Positions 51,511-62,974 are shown, counted from the stretch's first letter. The stretch: DNA of 64,000 bases from Candidatus Bipolaricaulota bacterium (GCA_028278555.1 JANQEA010000035.1:152089-216088), one strand, 5' to 3'. Translations and numbers: made by a program. The notes: generated by a model not told the origin, from the sequence alone.

Positions 51511-52389
51511 ATGCGCGTTGAGGTTCGTCCGCTGATCGCCGAGGATCGATCGCGCGTCCTCGAGATCTCCTCACAGATCTGGGAGGGCGACGACTGGGTT
51601 CCGAATGCGATCGACTCGTGGTTCGGCTCTGAGGAAGGCGAAGCAGTCGCCGCCGTTCTCGACGGAAGACTGATCGGCTTCGGTCGTCGCACATGGATCC
51701 TCCCCCGCCACGCTTGGTTCGAGGCGCTCCGATCCGATCCTGCCGCTCGCGGCGTCGGTGCCGGGCGGGCGATCACCGAGCATCTGATCGACGGTGCCCG
51801 GCGTGACGGTGCCGAGGCAATCCATCTGTCGACGTACATCGACAACGAGGCATCGATCCACATCATCGAATCCTGCGGGTTCGAGCGCGTTGCGACCTTC
51901 GCGGCGGTCGAGAAATCGGTCGACGCGAACCCTGAGAATGGGGACTTCGAGACAGGAATCGTCAGTGTATCCCAGGAGGAAACCGCGGAGTTCGTCGACC
52001 GTTCGAACTTCCTCGACCTGGCAAATCGGCGGTTCCCACGGGGGTGGAAGTTCATTCCGTTCGATCTCGATCCGCTCGAGGCCGTCGCGCGACTGGAAAC
52101 GCGGATCGGCATTCGCCGTGGCGGCAGACTCGTTGCCCTCATGTGCCTGCGCCAACCGGTCGGAGAGGCTGATGGAACCGCTCTCAACTTCGCCGACGGG
52201 GAACCGGACGACCTGAGACGGCTGCTCCGCCATGCTCACACCCTCTACCCGAGATGGAAGATCGCGGCAATGGTTCCGAAGGTCGGAAAGGAGGAGGCCG
52301 CCCTCCTCCCGATCCTCAGGGAGTTCGAGTACACCTCGTGGGACGACTACGCTCCGGCCGTCTTCGTCTACGAACTCGACCTTCGCTGA
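51511..52389 (+). CDS. GNAT-family N-acetyltransferase (N-terminal GNAT plus C-terminal extension)
   Basis: RSDPAARGVGAGRAITEHL (R/QxxGxG/A acetyl-CoA motif) in a GNAT-like N-terminal half. Confidence 0.7.
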   Translation: MRVEVRPLIAEDRSRVLEISSQIWEGDDWVPNAIDSWFGSEEGEAVAAVLDGRLIGFGRRTWILPRHAWFEALRSDPAARGVGAGRAITEHLIDGARRDGAEAIHLSTYIDNEASIHIIESCGFERVATFAAVEKSVDANPENGDFETGIVSVSQEETAEFVDRSNFLDLANRRFPRGWKFIPFDLDPLEAVARLETRIGIRRGGRLVALMCLRQPVGEADGTALNFADGEPDDLRRLLRHAHTLYPRWKIAAMVPKVGKEEAALLPILREFEYTSWDDYAPAVFVYELDLR

Positions 52390-52404
52390 CGGATCGTCCC
52401 CCGA

Positions 52405-52451
52405 AGAAGTCATGGCCATGACTTCTCCGACGCGTCTGCGCAGCAGACGCG
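52405..52451 (+). terminator. Two consecutive perfect hairpins after the GNAT gene
   Basis: AGAAGTCATGG/CCATGACTTCT (52405-52426) and CGCGTCTGC-gca-GCAGACGCG (52431-52451). Confidence 0.4.
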
Positions 52452-52484
52452 CAAGCCGCTATGATGTAACCATCGGAGGCAACC

Positions 52485-53261
52485 ATGGGCCCACGTGAAC
52501 TCCCAGAACTGACGCCGAGCGAGCGCGATCGATACGCGCGGCACCTTGTCTTGCCGGCGATTGGCGAGGAGGGGCAGCGGAGACTGAAGGCGGCCCGCGT
52601 CCTCGTCGTCGGACTCGGCGGTCTCGGCAGTTCAATCGTCCTCTACCTCGCAGGGGCCGGCGTCGGGCGGATCGGCGTCATCGATGACGACCGTGTAACC
52701 TTCTCCAATCTCCAGCGACAGATCGTCCACGGAGAGGCGGCCCTCGATCGCCCGAAGGTCGAGAGCGTCGCGGCTCGCCTGGCCGATCTGAATGCCGGCA
52801 TCGTCGTGGAGCCGTTCCCCGAGCGCTTCGACCGGTGTAACGGGCGACGGATCGCCGCGGAGTACGATCTGATCGTCGATGGGACGGACAACTTCGACAC
52901 CCGCTACGCGATCAACGAGGTCTGCCTGACGCTCGGGATCCCCTACGTCTACGGGGCGATCTTCCGCCTCGACGGGCAGCTCAGCCTCCTCTGCACCGAA
53001 GAGGGACCCTGCTACCGATGCCTCTTCCCCGATCCGCCTCCGCCGGGGTCCGTACTGACCGGTGAGGAGGCGGGGATCCTCGGCGCCGTGCCCGGAACGA
53101 TCGGAACGCTGCAGGCGACCGAGGCGATCAAGTGGATCGTCGGGATCGGGCAGCTCCTCGTCGGCCGCCTCCTCGTCTACGACGCGAGCACCATGCGATT
53201 CGAGGAGATCGGAATCGAAAGGAATCCTGCCTGCCCGGCCTGCGGCAGCAGGAACTCCTGA
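52485..53261 (+). CDS. ThiF/MoeB/HesA-family E1-like adenylyltransferase
   Basis: RYARHLVLPAIGEEGQRRL, the nucleotide motif GLGGLGS, DDDRV..SNLQRQ and C-terminal Cys pairs (CYRC ... CPAC). Confidence 0.85.
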   Translation: MGPRELPELTPSERDRYARHLVLPAIGEEGQRRLKAARVLVVGLGGLGSSIVLYLAGAGVGRIGVIDDDRVTFSNLQRQIVHGEAALDRPKVESVAARLADLNAGIVVEPFPERFDRCNGRRIAAEYDLIVDGTDNFDTRYAINEVCLTLGIPYVYGAIFRLDGQLSLLCTEEGPCYRCLFPDPPPPGSVLTGEEAGILGAVPGTIGTLQATEAIKWIVGIGQLLVGRLLVYDASTMRFEEIGIERNPACPACGSRNS

Positions 53262-53277
53262 GCGAGAAAGGACCCCC

Positions 53278-54276
53278 ATGAAGCTACTCATCCTCGGCGG
53301 AACGGTCTATCTCGGGCGTGCGATCGTCGACCGCGCTCTGGCCCTCGGTCATCAAGTCACCCTGTTCCATCGCGGCCAGTCGAATCCAGACCTATTCCCG
53401 GAGGCCGAGCACATTCTCGGCGACCGCGAGCACGATCTCGATCGCCTCTCAGGGAGATCGTTCGATGCCTGTGTCGATACCTGCGGTTACGTCCCGAGGA
53501 TCGTCGGTGCGTCAGTCCGCGCCCTCACCGATGCGGTCGATCGGTATGCGTTCGTCTCGTCATTGTCGGTCTACGGCGATCCGTCCCCCGACGGCACCGC
53601 CGAGGACGGGACGCTTGCGACCATCGACGACCCGACAGTGGAGGAGATCAACGGCGAGACCTACGGCCCGCTGAAAGCACTCTGCGAAGCGGCTGTCCGC
53701 GACGCGTTCGGAGAACGAGCCCTTCTCGTCCGGCCGGGTCTGATCGTCGGACCTCACGATCCGACCGATCGGTTCACCTACTGGCCTTGGCGCGTCGCCC
53801 GTGGCGGCGAGATCCTCGCACCGGGGCGACCGGAGCGAGCAATTCAGCTGATCGATGTTCGAGATCTCGCGGCATGGATCGTCAACCTGCTCGAGATGCA
53901 GCAGTCGGGAGCGTACAACGCCGTCTCCCCTCCCGGGATGATGTCGATGGAGAGCATGCTGTGCGCCTGCCTCGAAGTCGCCGGATCGGATGGAACGCTC
54001 CAGTGGGTCGATGACGCGTTCCTCGTCGACCACGAGGTTGGCGCCTGGATCGAACTTCCGCTCTGGATCCCCGAAGACGAGCCGATCGCCCGCGGGTTCT
54101 TCGCGTTCCGACCGGATCGCGCCGTGTCGAACGGGCTGACCTTCCGACCGATCGAGGAGACCGTCCGAGCGACGCTCCATTGGGCACGCACCCGTCCCGA
54201 CAACCACGAATGGCGCGCCGGCCTGAAACCGGACCGCGAGGACGATCTACTTCGCGCATGGCGAGACGGGCCGTAG
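53278..54276 (+). CDS. NAD(P)-dependent epimerase/reductase (atypical SDR)
   Basis: MKLLILGGTVYLGRAIV (Rossmann). 332 aa. Start is ATG 53278. The upstream part of the track ORF overlaps the ThiF-like gene. Confidence 0.75.
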   Translation: MKLLILGGTVYLGRAIVDRALALGHQVTLFHRGQSNPDLFPEAEHILGDREHDLDRLSGRSFDACVDTCGYVPRIVGASVRALTDAVDRYAFVSSLSVYGDPSPDGTAEDGTLATIDDPTVEEINGETYGPLKALCEAAVRDAFGERALLVRPGLIVGPHDPTDRFTYWPWRVARGGEILAPGRPERAIQLIDVRDLAAWIVNLLEMQQSGAYNAVSPPGMMSMESMLCACLEVAGSDGTLQWVDDAFLVDHEVGAWIELPLWIPEDEPIARGFFAFRPDRAVSNGLTFRPIEETVRATLHWARTRPDNHEWRAGLKPDREDDLLRAWRDGP

Positions 54277-54291
54277 CAGTCCGGGCGACGA

Positions 54292-55866
54292 CTACCGAGC
54301 CGGGATGATGATCTCGATCTTCGCCTCATAGACAACCTGTCGATCGCGATCGACGGCCGCCTGTCTGAGCATGAACTCGATGTCCAAAGCGACGTCCCCG
54401 AAGAACGACTCTTTCCCGTTGGTGATCACGCGAATCGGCGAGGTCAGATCGAACTGCTCCGAGCTGAGGAAGATCGTGTACTGTGCGATATTCCGCGTCG
54501 TTACAGCGATCTCGTTCCCCTTCGCGCTGACGTAGATCGAGCCGGTCAGCTGGTCCCGTCGGTAGACGGAATCAGGCATCGGGACCAGTCCGAGCAGGGT
54601 CACCGAGGTTTCGTCGCGGAGGACCTCGATCTCGATCGGTTCTCCGGGGATCTTCCGCTTGATGACCGCCGCCACTTCCTGATCGGTACGGGCCGCCTGG
54701 CCATCGATCGCGACGATCTCGTCCCCGACCTCGATCCCGATTCGGTGCGCGATCCCGTCCGGTTCGACACCGACAACGACGAACCTCCCGCTGCTCGCCT
54801 CGTACGCGATACTCGCCGCGAGCCGCTTGGCGTCCTCGATCCACTCGAGGTTGATATCCTCGAACCCGGCTCCGCCCCATCGCTCGGCGATCTCATCGAT
54901 CCGAACCCAGTCGCAGCGCCCCGTCTCCGGTTGGGATGTCTCCCACAGAACCTTGGGCCGGTACGGATCCCTCTCCCACTCGGCGAGGAAAACGGTCGTC
55001 CTCGGCCACTCGTAGGGGATCATCAGAAAGAGGTTGTGCGTCGTCGGGTAGATCTCCCACTCAAATCCGACCCCCTGCATCCGCAGTTGGGCGATCAGCG
55101 AACTCTCATGGTTGATCGGGATCCCCTCGTCGTAAAGGCCGTTCGCGGCCAAGATCGGTCGGTTGATCAGGTTGCGAGGGTAGCACGGATACGGTCCGAG
55201 GCTCGGCCCGGAGACCGACCCGTACAAGGGGATGAACCCGGCCCACGGCGTCGGATCGTGGAAGGCCATCCAGTAGCTCCCGTGAGCCCCGGCGGAGAAC
55301 CCTGTGAGGAAGACACGGTTCTCATCGATGTTGCAGAGGTGCTTCACATGCGTGAGCTGTGCGAGGATGTTCTGACGCCCGGCCTCGCTCCACCACGTGG
55401 CATCGCGATCGCCGTGCGGCATGACGACGATGAAGCCGTTCTCCTCCGCCAGCTCTTCCCACATCGCCCGCTTCGGGAGGAACTCCTCGATCGTGTAGGG
55501 TCGCTGATTGACCGCCCCGTGCAGACTGAACAGGGCGGGCGTCGGAAGACTCGGATCGTACGATTCGGGGATGAAGACGTGGTAGACGCGCGTGACGCCG
55601 TCTGAGCAGACCCGATCGAGGATCCGCCAGCCGGTCTCCTCGATCGTGGAATAGGTTCGTCCGCGTCGGAGGCGTGCCGCCAGCTCCTCGCAGCCGGTTC
55701 CAAGGGCGATCAGTCGATCGATCGCTTCGTCGATCGCCGTAGGGGTGTCCGCCGCAAAGAAGGTCTCCATCGCGGCATCGAGTTCGGTCTGTCCGACGAG
55801 GATCGATCCGAGACACAAGAGAAGCAGTCCGACACCGAGGAGCACCTCACCCGATCGTCTGAGCAT
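54292..55866 (-). CDS. Secreted alpha/beta-hydrolase (esterase/PHB-depolymerase-like) with a PDZ domain
   Basis: It has a signal peptide and the nucleophile elbow GFSAGA (GxSxG). A PDZ-like segment VVGVEPDGIAHRIGIEVGDEIVAIDG lies in the C-terminal third. Confidence 0.7.
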   Translation of the reverse strand: MLRRSGEVLLGVGLLLLCLGSILVGQTELDAAMETFFAADTPTAIDEAIDRLIALGTGCEELAARLRRGRTYSTIEETGWRILDRVCSDGVTRVYHVFIPESYDPSLPTPALFSLHGAVNQRPYTIEEFLPKRAMWEELAEENGFIVVMPHGDRDATWWSEAGRQNILAQLTHVKHLCNIDENRVFLTGFSAGAHGSYWMAFHDPTPWAGFIPLYGSVSGPSLGPYPCYPRNLINRPILAANGLYDEGIPINHESSLIAQLRMQGVGFEWEIYPTTHNLFLMIPYEWPRTTVFLAEWERDPYRPKVLWETSQPETGRCDWVRIDEIAERWGGAGFEDINLEWIEDAKRLAASIAYEASSGRFVVVGVEPDGIAHRIGIEVGDEIVAIDGQAARTDQEVAAVIKRKIPGEPIEIEVLRDETSVTLLGLVPMPDSVYRRDQLTGSIYVSAKGNEIAVTTRNIAQYTIFLSSEQFDLTSPIRVITNGKESFFGDVALDIEFMLRQAAVDRDRQVVYEAKIEIIIPAR

Positions 55867-55989
55867 CTCGACTCCGCCTTCCGCCTCGCAGGATTCCCGA
55901 ATTCCCTCCGTCCGTTGTCGGGCGGCGCCCAGTCTAGAGCCCCGAGATGGAGAGAATGTGGAGACCGGCCGTTTCGACCCTTCTTCGGG

Positions 55990-56796
55990 CTATCCGGCCG
56001 ATCGCTCGAGATGCTCCAGTCCTGCCCAAATCCCTTCGGGAATGGAGATCCCGTCCGGCGGGTGGACTTCGAGAACCCCCGTCCCGGCGAACCCGATCCG
56101 GTCGAGCGCGTCGAGGGTGCGCTGCCAATCGATCGTCCCTCCGCCGGGGACGAGATGTTCGTCCTCTTCGCCATGCCCGTCGTGGAGATGGAGATGGACG
56201 AGCTGTCCGGCGTAGCGCTCGATGTAATCGACGATCGGCTCCCGCCCGGCGTCTCGAGAGAGATGCGCATGCCCGACATCGATACAGATCCCGACGTTTG
56301 ACGTCTCGGGGTCGTCGCCGACTTCCTCGAGAACCCGATCGAGTGTCGAGATCGAGTGTCGGACGTTCTCCACCGCCAATCGGACGCCCCGTTCCGCGGC
56401 GTAGCCGGCGATCCGTCGAATCTCAGGTGTATCGATCCGATCGTCCGGATCTTTCAGTCCGAGGCATACGGGATGGAGGACGAGCATCTCTCCGCCGACG
56501 CATGCGGCAAAATCGATCTCTCGCCGAAGGCTGGCCGGATCCCATCTCCAGTAGATTCCCCGAGTATGAACCGTGACGAACGCCGCCGCCCGGCAGGCCT
56601 CCGCAAGCTCGGTGATCTCCGCTTCGTCCGTCTCCGGAGCGTCGAGCGCCTTCGAACCCCAAACCTCGACACCAAGCGCCGGATCGATCGCCAAGATCGC
56701 TCGGACGGCTTCCGAGAGTGACGGCCACTCCCCGGGAGGGCGACGCCCGTAGAATCCCCAGATACTCGCTCCGAGCCGGAACCCGACGTCGGTCAT
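55990..56796 (-). CDS. Sugar-phosphate isomerase/epimerase (xylose isomerase-like TIM barrel)
   Basis: The SD AAGGAGG precedes ATG 56796. AP-endonuclease-2/TIM-barrel family patterns are present (LVLHP, ENV, GICIDVGHAH, HLHDG). Confidence 0.8.
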   Translation of the reverse strand: MTDVGFRLGASIWGFYGRRPPGEWPSLSEAVRAILAIDPALGVEVWGSKALDAPETDEAEITELAEACRAAAFVTVHTRGIYWRWDPASLRREIDFAACVGGEMLVLHPVCLGLKDPDDRIDTPEIRRIAGYAAERGVRLAVENVRHSISTLDRVLEEVGDDPETSNVGICIDVGHAHLSRDAGREPIVDYIERYAGQLVHLHLHDGHGEEDEHLVPGGGTIDWQRTLDALDRIGFAGTGVLEVHPPDGISIPEGIWAGLEHLERSAG

Positions 56797-56812
56797 CGAG
56801 GGGCCTCCTTGG

Positions 56813-58132
56813 CTAGACAGTCTCGATCGTCTCGCGGAACGAGACCCCGAGTTCGGCCAACTCGGCAAGGACCGGCCCGTAGATCTCCGGGATCACCGGG
56901 GTGTGGACCCCCGTCAGCGCGATCTCGCCCTGGAGGATCCTTCGCGCCGCGATCGCGGCCGGCAGCCCGACGAGCCTCGACATCGACGAATCGCCGTTCG
57001 GAATCCCATAGTCGATCATCGTCGAGGTTACCTTTTCCGTCCGGTCCGAATACTCGGCAACGAACTCATGCTGCATAACGAGCATGTCTCGTTCCCCGGA
57101 CGTGTACTCCATCTTCGAGAGCATCCGCGAGGCGACGACGTCGAGGTAGGTCGTGTCCCTTGCCGGGATCGGATCGCTTCCGAGAAGGCCGAGCCATTCG
57201 AAGTCGGTGATGGGTTTGGCGTCGACGGCGATCCCGAGACGGTTCGCCAGATCCGCCTTCAGATCTGTTCCGTCGGAGCCGATCAGGCGCGCGAGCAGCT
57301 CGCCGAACGTCAGCCCGGCGAGATCGTCTCGCTCCGTCTCGTCCAAGAGGCCGAGATCGACGACCGCCTTCAGCGTATCGCACCATTCCGGGTAGCGGAG
57401 CGTCCCTCGGAACATGCTCCGGACCGTCGGGATGTCATAGGTCTCGATGTAGGGGATCGAGTCGCGATTCGGATAGACCTCGAGGTGTCCGAATCCGACG
57501 ATCGGGCAGACCCAGTGGTGAGCGAACAGCTCCGGGCCGGGGACGTCGACAACCTCGCCGTCCTTCAAGAATCGCGCCGGATTCTTCCCCGCGAGGATCA
57601 CCCCGCGTGGCGCCCACGAGAATTTGTAGCCGAACGGGTTGTCGTTCGCGTCGGGCGCGGGGAGCCCTCCGGTGTTCGAGGTGAACGACACGAGCGTTCC
57701 GCCGGACTCCCGAATCCGATCGATGACCTGCATCGCCGACATGTGATCGATTCCCGGATCGACGCCGATCTCGTTCAACAGAAGGACGCCGGCCCCACGC
57801 GCCGCGCTGTCCAAGGCTCGCATCTCGTCTTTCACGTAGGAGGTCGTCACCATCTGCTTCCGGTGCTCGACGCAGAATCGCGCGACGAGTGGGTGGTAGA
57901 CATACGGGAGAAGGCTGATCGATAGATCGTGCTCGGCGATCAGGCGTTCCAGCTCTGTTTCTTCCGTGACGTCGAGCGCCAGCGCCGTGCCGTTCGATGC
58001 GCCGCCGATCAGCCGCTTCGCCTTCTCCACCGTCCGGCTGGCGATGGTGACATGAAACCCTTCCACATCGAGCAGGTAGCGAACGAGCGGACCGGCAACG
58101 AGGCCGGCCCCGAGGACGAGTACGCGCTTCAT
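56813..58132 (-). CDS. Saccharopine dehydrogenase (glutamate-forming type)
   Basis: Start is ATG 58132 (MKRVLVLGAGLVAGPLV, Rossmann). Both Sacchrp_dh_NADP and Sacchrp_dh_C-like regions are present. Confidence 0.85.
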   Translation of the reverse strand: MKRVLVLGAGLVAGPLVRYLLDVEGFHVTIASRTVEKAKRLIGGASNGTALALDVTEETELERLIAEHDLSISLLPYVYHPLVARFCVEHRKQMVTTSYVKDEMRALDSAARGAGVLLLNEIGVDPGIDHMSAMQVIDRIRESGGTLVSFTSNTGGLPAPDANDNPFGYKFSWAPRGVILAGKNPARFLKDGEVVDVPGPELFAHHWVCPIVGFGHLEVYPNRDSIPYIETYDIPTVRSMFRGTLRYPEWCDTLKAVVDLGLLDETERDDLAGLTFGELLARLIGSDGTDLKADLANRLGIAVDAKPITDFEWLGLLGSDPIPARDTTYLDVVASRMLSKMEYTSGERDMLVMQHEFVAEYSDRTEKVTSTMIDYGIPNGDSSMSRLVGLPAAIAARRILQGEIALTGVHTPVIPEIYGPVLAELAELGVSFRETIETV

Positions 58133-58136
58133 CGAT

Positions 58137-59480
58137 TCACTCCTTTGGCGCGGCCGTGCCGGCCGCTTCGAGGTGTTTGCCAATGCCACGATATTCGGGG
58201 GCCAGGTCGCCGCGATGACAGATAACGGCCCGTTTCAGTTCCGGGGGAAGGTCAAGCCCGTCGAACGGCTCGCGATAGTCGGCCGCGGCGATCGCGGGGA
58301 CGAACCCCTTCAGAATCGCGCTGAAGTAGGTCGATGCCTCACGCGGAAGCTCGGTCGGAAGGATCTCGACCGCCATCATCACCGGCCCGGTCCCCTCGAT
58401 TCCCGGACGGATCGATCCGTTCGTTGGATCGTAGACGTAGACAGGATTGTCCGGTTCGGTCCCCTTGACAGTGATCTGGATCGATCCCTCGACGTCGCAA
58501 GAGATGTCGCCGATAACGCGGAGGGTCGGCTGGCCTGCCGCGTAGAGATCTCGGATCGACTCCACCGTCACCAGGCGGGGGTACTTCGGCTCCCAGTAGA
58601 TGCAGTTGACGAGCGCGTGGAGCTTCGACAGATACCGATCGAACGCGCCGCGGTAGCGCTCCGGATGGGCGTAGTACTCCTCCAGATCGAACGGTTTTCC
58701 GTCGACCAGCGGAAGGACCGTATCCTCCTCGCGGAAGACTGTCACGACGACCGGCCGGTTCGGATCAGCCGTCGGACCTTCTGGGGCGAGGAGATCACTC
58801 GGAGGGACGACCGTCGTCGGGAGAAGGTTGAGGATCTCTTGCGCCCCTTTCGAGACGTTCCCGTACCCGGCGACCCCGATCATCAACGGGTCAATCGCCT
58901 CCGGCAGACCTTCCGATGCGATCCGCTCGCCGACGGCGCGGATCGCGCGTTTCGCCTCGTCGAGGTCCGCATACGCCGATGCCTGCCGGATCTCTTCGAG
59001 CGGCGTCGAAATCCCCTCCCAGGCGAGCCGTCGCCCGAGCGTCCAAAGCGTGTCGATCGCTCCGGCCAGGCCGGCGTAGTTGCCGAAGAAGATAAGTCGT
59101 CGCCCGGCTTCGTCGACGATCCTTTCGTAGTCGATGATCGTGCAGCGAAGGTCGAGACACCGCTGGAGCATCGGCATGTTCGCCGGCTGCGCCTTGATCG
59201 TGTGGGAGAAGAAAACGTAGACCGTCTCCGCCTCGAAAGCATCGACGGGGATCTCCTTCAGGCCGATGACGATCGGACACCCTGAGAGTCGATCGACGAC
59301 CTCCAGACCCGCATCGCGGTACTCGGCGTCGCTGAAGGCTCTCTTGGCCGATGACTCAACCGAAAACGCAAGGCCCGTCTCTTCAGTCAGCGCGTGAAGG
59401 TGTTCTGGGGTCAGGGGAACGCGCCGCTCCCACTCGTACATATCCTCGTGTCGAATCCCGATCCGATCGCCCATCCGCAC
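58137..59480 (-). CDS. Lysine-ketoglutarate reductase-like protein (AlaDH/PNT N-domain, LOR/SDH conserved region)
   Basis: IGIRHEDMYEWERRVPLTPEH is the typical LKR N-terminus. It is 447 aa and separated by 4 nt from the saccharopine dehydrogenase gene. Confidence 0.75.
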   Translation of the reverse strand: MRMGDRIGIRHEDMYEWERRVPLTPEHLHALTEETGLAFSVESSAKRAFSDAEYRDAGLEVVDRLSGCPIVIGLKEIPVDAFEAETVYVFFSHTIKAQPANMPMLQRCLDLRCTIIDYERIVDEAGRRLIFFGNYAGLAGAIDTLWTLGRRLAWEGISTPLEEIRQASAYADLDEAKRAIRAVGERIASEGLPEAIDPLMIGVAGYGNVSKGAQEILNLLPTTVVPPSDLLAPEGPTADPNRPVVVTVFREEDTVLPLVDGKPFDLEEYYAHPERYRGAFDRYLSKLHALVNCIYWEPKYPRLVTVESIRDLYAAGQPTLRVIGDISCDVEGSIQITVKGTEPDNPVYVYDPTNGSIRPGIEGTGPVMMAVEILPTELPREASTYFSAILKGFVPAIAAADYREPFDGLDLPPELKRAVICHRGDLAPEYRGIGKHLEAAGTAAPKE

Positions 59481-59594
59481 CGCCCTTCAAACGTGCTTGC
59501 CTGCTCAGGCGCGAAGTATACCGAACCGCCTGAAGAGGGACAAAAGCCCGTCCCTGACAGTGATACCGCCCGTGCGCCGACGACGATGGCTGAC

Positions 59595-60389
59595 CTAGCG
59601 GAGACCCCACCGCTCGAAGGCCCGTTTGCCTTCCCGGGAGAAGAAGAGCCAGCGTTGGATCCCCTCCATGTCGTGGTGGAACGTCTCGCCAGATTCGTCG
59701 AGGAACGCCCGGACCGCCTCGACGAGTTCTCTCGTCTGCTCGGATTCCGGAACCCCTTGCAGACAAACGGCACGAGAGAGGAGATCGTCTGGAACGCCCA
59801 GAAGTCGCAGTTCCTCCTCGCTCCAGTGCTTCGTCGCCGCCCACGAGCCCTTCACGAGGAAGAGGAGCTTGACGAGTGCGTTGAGTGCATCGCCGTAGAG
59901 AAGGCGAAGGTCGAGTGTCGGAGCGGTCTCGACTCGATTCGACGTCTTTCGCGCTCGGCCGAGCCGGTAGAGGAACTCGAGGAAGTGGATTGTCATCCGT
60001 TCCTGCCGAACGTCCTCGGGGAGTTCCGCGAGACGCTCGATGACCGGTCCGATCCGCCCCTCCGGATCGTGAAGGACCACCGCGTGCTGATACGGCTGAT
60101 GGAAGAGGTCGAGCGTCGAGTCGGTCAGCCCGACGAAGTCGGACCAGGGGATCAGATAGAACTCGTAGTCGACGATCGGCCGTTCGCCTTCCGGCGTTCC
60201 CTCCTTGTAGACGAAGACCTGCCGCTCCTCGTCGGGAGTCCGCTCGTAGACGGCGTTCTCGACGATCACCTCGATGTCGTAGTCGGACAGTCCATCCCGA
60301 TACGGGCGTGTCATCGACCCAAGAAGGTAGATCCCAACCACGCCCTCTCTCCCGACGTACGGCTCGATCAGTTCACGCGCTCGCTCCAT
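59595..60389 (-). CDS. Nucleotidyltransferase-domain protein (ANT/DUF4037-like)
   Basis: The SD GGAGG precedes ATG 60389. It has a Pol-beta-type NTase motif (GIYLLGSMTRPYRDGLSDYDIEVIV = GS...D.D). The longer track ORF start would overlap tRNA-Val. Confidence 0.65.
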   Translation of the reverse strand: MERARELIEPYVGREGVVGIYLLGSMTRPYRDGLSDYDIEVIVENAVYERTPDEERQVFVYKEGTPEGERPIVDYEFYLIPWSDFVGLTDSTLDLFHQPYQHAVVLHDPEGRIGPVIERLAELPEDVRQERMTIHFLEFLYRLGRARKTSNRVETAPTLDLRLLYGDALNALVKLLFLVKGSWAATKHWSEEELRLLGVPDDLLSRAVCLQGVPESEQTRELVEAVRAFLDESGETFHHDMEGIQRWLFFSREGKRAFERWGLR

Positions 60390-60440
60390 CGGCAACCTCC
60401 CGATCCCACAAAGATGAAGCCCGCGAGTGGCCTCGCGGGC

Positions 60441-60516
60441 TGGTGGGTGGTACAGGGCTCGAACCTGTGACCTCATGCACGTCAAGCATGCGCTCTCCCA
60501 GCTGAGCTAACCACCC
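60441..60516 (-). tRNA. tRNA-Val (anticodon GAC), CCA encoded
   Basis: The reverse complement GGGTGGTTAGCTCAGCTGGGAGAGCGCATGCTTGACGTGCATGAGGTCACAGGTTCGAGCCCTGTACCACCCACCA folds as a cloverleaf. It has a 7-bp acceptor, a GCTC/GAGC D-stem, a CATGC/GCATG anticodon stem with loop TTGACGT, and an ACAGG/CCTGT T-stem with a TTCGAGC loop. Confidence 0.95.
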
Positions 60517-60527
60517 ATCTCGTGCTC

Positions 60528-60602
60528 TGGAGGCGGCGACCGGATTCGAACCGGTGAATCAGGGATTTGCAGTCCCTTGCCTTACCGCTTGGCTACGCCG
60601 CC
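60528..60602 (-). tRNA. tRNA-Cys (anticodon GCA), CCA encoded
   Basis: The reverse complement GGCGGCGTAGCCAAGCGGTAAGGCAAGGGACTGCAAATCCCTGATTCACCGGTTCGAATCCGGTCGCCGCCTCCA has an AGGGA/TCCCT anticodon stem with loop CTGCAAA, a T-loop TTCGAAT and the discriminator U typical of tRNA-Cys. Confidence 0.95.
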
Positions 60603-60664
60603 GACAGGCCCTCGATTATACGAGACCCGGAAACCCGGATCAATTCACGCTTCCGCTCGGCCGA

Positions 60665-62110
<1,446 letters not shown>

Positions 62111-62122
62111 CTATCCCACGGA

Positions 62123-62974
62123 TCAGGTCGTTCGAAGCGCCTCCGCTCCCCCAATGATGTCAGCGATCTCTCGCGTGATCGCCTGCTGTCTCGCCTTGTT
62201 GTACGCGCGGGTCAACCCCTTCAGCAGATCCTCGGCATTGTCGGTCGCGTTCTTCATCGCTTGGCGGCGGATCGCGTCCTCGCTCGTCTTCGTCTCGAGG
62301 AGCGCCGCGTAGAGCCTCCCCTGCAGGCTCAGCCGAAGCGACACGTCGAGCATCTCGATCACGCTCGGCTCGACGAGCACGTCGTTCAGCACCGACTCTG
62401 TCGTAACCGGCAGGAAGTCCTCCACAACAAGCGTCTGCTTCAGATCGGAGACGAACCGCATGTAGACCAGCACGATCCTCCCGACGCGCCCTCCGAGGTA
62501 GAGATCGATCAGATCCCCGGCCATCCGCCGCGCCGTCTCGGCGGACGGCGGATCGTAGGTGTGCGAGTAGCTGAGGAGCGGCTCGACGCCGCGCCGGGAG
62601 AAGTAGGAGCGCGCCTTCTCGCCGCCGGCAAGCAGCTCCGCTTCCGTGCCCTCCTGGAGCAATTCCTCGCCTTTCCGGTTGATGTCCCCCTTGTAGCGGC
62701 CGCAGAGTCCCCGATCGGAGTTGAGGACCATGACGCCGAGTGCCTCGGATCCGTTCGGCGCCATCAGCGGATGCGGTTCGACGTCCGGGGGAATCCGACC
62801 GATCAGCTGCGCAATGTAGCCATCGAGCTCCTCGAGGTACGGGCGAACCTCGGCGAGGCGTCGCTTCATCCGCGTCACCTTCGTCATCGCGATCGCGTTC
62901 ATCGCACGGGTAATCTGCGCGATGTTCTCGATGTTCCCGATGCGCCCTTTAATCGCCCTGACGTGTTGTGCCAC
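62123..62974 (-). CDS. atpG: F1 ATP synthase gamma subunit
   Basis: The N-terminus IKGRIGNIENIAQITRAMNAIAMTK and C-terminus ITREIADIIGGAEAL are hallmark gamma-subunit helices. Confidence 0.9.
   Translation of the reverse strand: MAQHVRAIKGRIGNIENIAQITRAMNAIAMTKVTRMKRRLAEVRPYLEELDGYIAQLIGRIPPDVEPHPLMAPNGSEALGVMVLNSDRGLCGRYKGDINRKGEELLQEGTEAELLAGGEKARSYFSRRGVEPLLSYSHTYDPPSAETARRMAGDLIDLYLGGRVGRIVLVYMRFVSDLKQTLVVEDFLPVTTESVLNDVLVEPSVIEMLDVSLRLSLQGRLYAALLETKTSEDAIRRQAMKNATDNAEDLLKGLTRAYNKARQQAITREIADIIGGAEALRTT

Noticed and set aside
60390-60485. The longer start of the nucleotidyltransferase ORF (MTCMRSQVRALYHPP...).
   Set aside because: It would overlap tRNA-Val (60441-60516) on the same strand. 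An internal ATG at 60389 has a GGAGG SD.
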